Source: Polynucleobacter necessarius
GTDB taxonomy: Bacteria; Pseudomonadota; Gammaproteobacteria; Burkholderiales; Burkholderiaceae
NCBI RefSeq assembly: GCF_900095195.1
Contig: NZ_LT606950.1
Span: forward strand, 1,281,946-1,313,945
Reading direction: 5' to 3'
Length of the DNA: 32,000 nucleotides
The notes below the pieces were generated by a model that saw only the letters and a list, made by a program, of their open reading frames with translations, was not told the origin of the DNA and did no database searches. Position numbers and translations under genes: made by a program. How positions within the stretch are numbered: position 1 is the first letter of the stretch; every line of letters begins with the position of its first letter. Below, piece by piece: positions 28,722 through 32,000 of this stretch.

Positions 28722-29606
28722 ATGCTTACTTTTCAGCAAATCATTCTCAAACTTCAAGACTATTGGGACCAACAAGGTTGCGCCCTTTTGCAACCCATCG
28801 ACCTTGAGGTTGGCGCGGGCACATCCCATACCGCTACTTTCTTGCGTGCCATTGGCCCAGAGCCTTGGAAAGCCGCTTATGTTCAGCCATCGCGGAGACC
28901 AAAAGATGGCCGCTATGGCGAGAATCCAAATCGCTTACAGCACTACTACCAATATCAAGTGGTACTCAAACCTGCCCCAGAAAACATTCTTGAGCTTTAC
29001 TTGGGCTCCCTAGAGGCTCTTGGACTCGATCTCAAAGAAAATGACATTCGTTTTGTTGAAGATGACTGGGAAAACCCCACATTGGGAGCTTGGGGCTTAG
29101 GCTGGGAAGTATGGCTTAATGGCATGGAAGTGACACAGCTCACTTACTTCCAACAAGTGGGTGGCTTTGATTGCAAACCGGTTTTAGGCGAAATTACTTA
29201 CGGTATCGAGCGCCTTGCGATGTATATCCAAAATTGCTCAAACGTATACGACTTAGTTTGGGCAGATGGTATTTCGTATGGGGATGTTTACCTTCAGAAT
29301 GAAGGTGAGCAATCTTGCTATAACTTCGAGCACTCCAACACAGATCTTCTCTTTGCTAACTTTAATAATTATGAAAGTGAAGCAAAGCGTCTTATGGAAG
29401 TACCGCTAGCATTACCTGCTTACGAAATGGCTCTCAAAGCAGCGCATACTTTCAACCTACTGGATGCCCGTGGCGCAATTTCCGTGACAGAACGTGCAGC
29501 GTATATTGGACGTATCCGCAATCTTTCGCGCTCCGTTGCCCAAGCCTATTTTAAATCCCGGGAAAAGCTTGGTTTCCCCATGTGTCAACGCCAATCAACA
29601 GTATGA
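28722..29606 (+). CDS. glyQ: glycine--tRNA ligase subunit alpha
   Basis: 294-aa ORF with highly conserved GlyQ sequence ([20 protein letters not shown]..., [10 protein letters not shown]). Confidence 0.95.
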   Translation: MLTFQQIILKLQDYWDQQGCALLQPIDLEVGAGTSHTATFLRAIGPEPWKAAYVQPSRRPKDGRYGENPNRLQHYYQYQVVLKPAPENILELYLGSLEALGLDLKENDIRFVEDDWENPTLGAWGLGWEVWLNGMEVTQLTYFQQVGGFDCKPVLGEITYGIERLAMYIQNCSNVYDLVWADGISYGDVYLQNEGEQSCYNFEHSNTDLLFANFNNYESEAKRLMEVPLALPAYEMALKAAHTFNLLDARGAISVTERAAYIGRIRNLSRSVAQAYFKSREKLGFPMCQRQSTV

Positions 29607-31741
29607 GCCAATCACCCTCGACCCCGCAATCAGACAGTTTGCTGATTGAAATCTTTACTGAAGAATTGCCCCCAAAGTCCTTACGACGTTTAGGTGATGC
29701 ATTTAGTGAGGGTATTTTTACCAAACTCAAAGACGCAAAACTAACAACCACCTCTTCTATTGCTACTAGCTTTGCTACGCCACGTCGACTATCAGTACTC
29801 ATTGGTGACGTGCTGAGTCAAGCAGAAGATTACCCGGTAAGAGAAAAGCTGCTTCCTACCAGCATTGCTTTTGATGCAGAAGGTAAAGCAACACCGCCTC
29901 TTCTGAAAAAATTAGCAGCCCTTGGATATCAAGATATTGATTTAGCAACGCTAGAAAAGTCGGGTGAAGGCAAAAATGAAGCTCTTTATCTCAAAGTGAC
30001 TACTAAAGGTGCAGCGCTTGAGCAAACTGTTCAGGTAGCGCTGGAACTAACATTGAATAAGTTGCCTATTGCCAAAATGATGCACTACCAAGTGATACAA
30101 AAAAATGGTCAATTAGTGGATGTGCAATTTGCACGCCCTGCGCATCGAATCATCGCTTTACATGGCAAAACCGTTTTGAATATTACCGGTCTTGGAATCG
30201 CAGCCAGCAATCGAACAGAAGGCCATCGTTTCTTGGCTCCTGGCATAGTAACGATCTGTACTGCTGACCAATATGAGCACGACCTTCACAATAGGGCCAA
30301 GGTTATTCCAAGTTTTGAAAAGCGCCGAGCACAAATTGAAAACTCTCTATTAAAAGCAGCGGGAGACGATTTTGTGCTGATGCCAGATACCCTCTTGGAT
30401 GAAGTGACTGCCCTCGTCGAGTGGCCCGCTATTTATGAATGTCAGTTTGATCCTAAGTTCTTAGAAGTACCTCAGGAATGCCTAATATTGACGATGAAAA
30501 CTAATCAAAAATATTTTGCCCTCACCGATAAGCAGGGTAAATTGCGCAATCGCTTTTTAATTGTTTCCAATATTGAAACCCCTACTCCAGCAGCAATTAT
30601 TTCCGGTAATGAACGCGTAGTGCGTCCTAGACTATCCGATGCTCGGTTTTTCTTCCAACAAGACAAAAAGCGACCGCTCGCATCTCGCGTTACAGATCTA
30701 GCCAAAGTGGTTTACCACAATCAACTTGGCAATCAACTCGACCGTACAAAGCGTGTACAAGCAATTGCGATTGGAGTTGCAAAACAACTCGTGGCAGATG
30801 AAAAATTAGCAGGTCGCGCCGCAGAAATCGCTAAGACCGATTTGCTGACTGATATGGTTGGCGAGTTTCCAGAGCTACAAGGCATCATGGGGACCTACTA
30901 TGCCAATTACGATGGCGAAGATTCCGAAGTGGCTGCCGCATGTAGTGAGCACTATATGCCACGTTTTGCAGGCGATGCCCTTCCTAAAACATCGACCGGA
31001 ACCATTCTTGCGATTGCAGACAAGTTAGAGACTTTAATTGGTATTTGGGGTGTAGGTTTAGCACCAACTGGCGATAAAGATCCCTATGCATTACGTCGTC
31101 ATGCGCTAGGTATCTGCAGACTGCTGCTAGAAAAAAATCTTCCCCTTAGTCTTCCAGAGCTAATTGATCTCGCCAAAGCACAATTCCCTCAAAAAGAAGT
31201 GCAAGAGAAGGTAGTTACGACAGATATCTACGATTTCATTATTGATCGTATGAGGGCTTATTTACGCGATCAATCCATAGGTGGCAAACCCTTCACCACA
31301 GCTGAGATTGACGCAGTATTGAGCCAATCGCCATCCCATTTAAATGACTTAATTGACCGTTTAACCGCCCTGCGGGAATTTAATGCGCTGCCTGAAGCAG
31401 TGCAATTAGCGGCAGCTAATAAACGAATTAGCAATATTCTCAAGAAAAATACTGTAGCTATTCCGCCGGCCTGCTCAAACAAACTTTTGCAAATTCCAGC
31501 GGAAGTTGCTGTTTTCAAAACACTAGAGGAAGTTGGTCCAACCCTGAGTGCCGCTTATGACAAACGTCAATTTGTTGAATTTCTCAGGGCACTTGTCGCG
31601 CTAAGCGCTCCAATTGATCAGTTCTTTGCGGATGTCATGGTTATGGACCCCAATCCTGAACTACGTGATAACCGTTTGGCGCTTTTGCAACAACTCCATC
31701 AAAAAATGAATCTCATTGCTGATATCGGCAAATTGGCATGA
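29603..31741 (+). CDS. glyS: glycine--tRNA ligase subunit beta
   Basis: The ORF track starts at GTG 29582. I prefer ATG 29603 ([25 protein letters not shown]), which overlaps the glyQ stop as ATGA. The product is about 712 aa. Confidence 0.9.
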   Translation: MSQSPSTPQSDSLLIEIFTEELPPKSLRRLGDAFSEGIFTKLKDAKLTTTSSIATSFATPRRLSVLIGDVLSQAEDYPVREKLLPTSIAFDAEGKATPPLLKKLAALGYQDIDLATLEKSGEGKNEALYLKVTTKGAALEQTVQVALELTLNKLPIAKMMHYQVIQKNGQLVDVQFARPAHRIIALHGKTVLNITGLGIAASNRTEGHRFLAPGIVTICTADQYEHDLHNRAKVIPSFEKRRAQIENSLLKAAGDDFVLMPDTLLDEVTALVEWPAIYECQFDPKFLEVPQECLILTMKTNQKYFALTDKQGKLRNRFLIVSNIETPTPAAIISGNERVVRPRLSDARFFFQQDKKRPLASRVTDLAKVVYHNQLGNQLDRTKRVQAIAIGVAKQLVADEKLAGRAAEIAKTDLLTDMVGEFPELQGIMGTYYANYDGEDSEVAAACSEHYMPRFAGDALPKTSTGTILAIADKLETLIGIWGVGLAPTGDKDPYALRRHALGICRLLLEKNLPLSLPELIDLAKAQFPQKEVQEKVVTTDIYDFIIDRMRAYLRDQSIGGKPFTTAEIDAVLSQSPSHLNDLIDRLTALREFNALPEAVQLAAANKRISNILKKNTVAIPPACSNKLLQIPAEVAVFKTLEEVGPTLSAAYDKRQFVEFLRALVALSAPIDQFFADVMVMDPNPELRDNRLALLQQLHQKMNLIADIGKLA

Positions 31742-32000
31742 GCGCTAGCTCCTCTAAGCTGATTATTTTTGATCGCGATGGCGTGATTAATGAAGATCGA
31801 GATGACTATGTAAAATCGGTGGATGAATGGATTCCACTTCCTGGCAGTCTAGAAGCGATAGCACTTCTCAATCAAGCAGGCTATCAAATTGCCATCGCCA
31901 CGAATCAGTCTGGCCTTGCAAGAGGCTATTTCACCATCAACGATTTACATGCAATGCACAGCAAAATGGAGCGGCTGCTACAGCCCCTCGGCGGAAAAAT
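31738..32000 (+). CDS. gmhB: D-glycero-beta-D-manno-heptose-1,7-bisphosphate 7-phosphatase, N-terminal part; runs off the right edge
   Basis: ATG 31738 overlaps the glyS TGA as ATGA. The translation [65 protein letters not shown] carries the HAD motif I DRDGV and resembles GmhB. Confidence 0.8.
   Translation, partial: MSASSSKLIIFDRDGVINEDRDDYVKSVDEWIPLPGSLEAIALLNQAGYQIAIATNQSGLARGYFTINDLHAMHSKMERLLQPLGGK

Noticed and set aside
29582-29602. GTG start at 29582 for glyS, as in the ORF track.
   Set aside because: ATG at 29603 overlaps the glyQ stop as ATGA, which is typical coupling. The protein then begins close to the conserved [13 protein letters not shown], so the 7-codon extension is probably not translated.
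1-32000. Search for a novel defence, toxin-antitoxin, secretion or mobile system: integrases, transposases, IS inverted repeats, CRISPR repeats, att sites near the tRNA.
   Set aside because: I recognised no such genes or repeat structures. The sequence flanking the tRNA-Met holds decayed ordinary chromosomal genes, not an integrated element. The window is conserved core synteny, and its unusual property is gene decay.

Overview
This is a chromosomal core region from a moderately AT-rich betaproteobacterium. Gene order and protein sequences look Burkholderiaceae / Polynucleobacter-like; that is recognition by eye and was not verified by search. I found no mobile elements, CRISPR arrays, defence islands or rRNA.

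Intact housekeeping genes:
- pyk (partial), pgk, ilvE, waaF, and a BepA-like M48 protease
- sucDC, recA, and one tRNA-Met(CAT)
- maiA, amt, osmC
- miaB-ybeY-corC-lnt
- glyQ-glyS-gmhB (gmhB partial)

The main signal is erosion. By reading across frames I count 12 of about 36 protein-coding loci as disrupted, covering about 7.9 kb, roughly a quarter of the window. They carry about 25 lesions: 7 in-frame stops and about 18 frameshifts or indels. All 12 keep nearly full ancestral length.

The disrupted loci are a SnoaL-like protein, moaC, a type IV pilin, recX, a DUF2878-like membrane protein, a YiiM-like MOSC protein, an MHS-type MFS transporter, gamma-glutamyltransferase, a gamma-carbonic-anhydrase-like protein, two small envelope proteins, and a rhodanese.

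The pattern suggests recent relaxed selection. Accessory, envelope and transport functions decay while central metabolism, translation and recA stay intact. This is what is expected in a host-restricted lineage such as the obligate ciliate symbiont Polynucleobacter necessarius (inference).

Smaller observations:
- An SOS box upstream of recA.
- A 13+13 bp perfect palindrome with NtrC-type half-sites upstream of amt.
- A secreted 106-aa protein built from six 13-aa repeats.
- A miaB/ybeY junction that lacks the usual ybeZ (phoH).
- Several intrinsic terminators.
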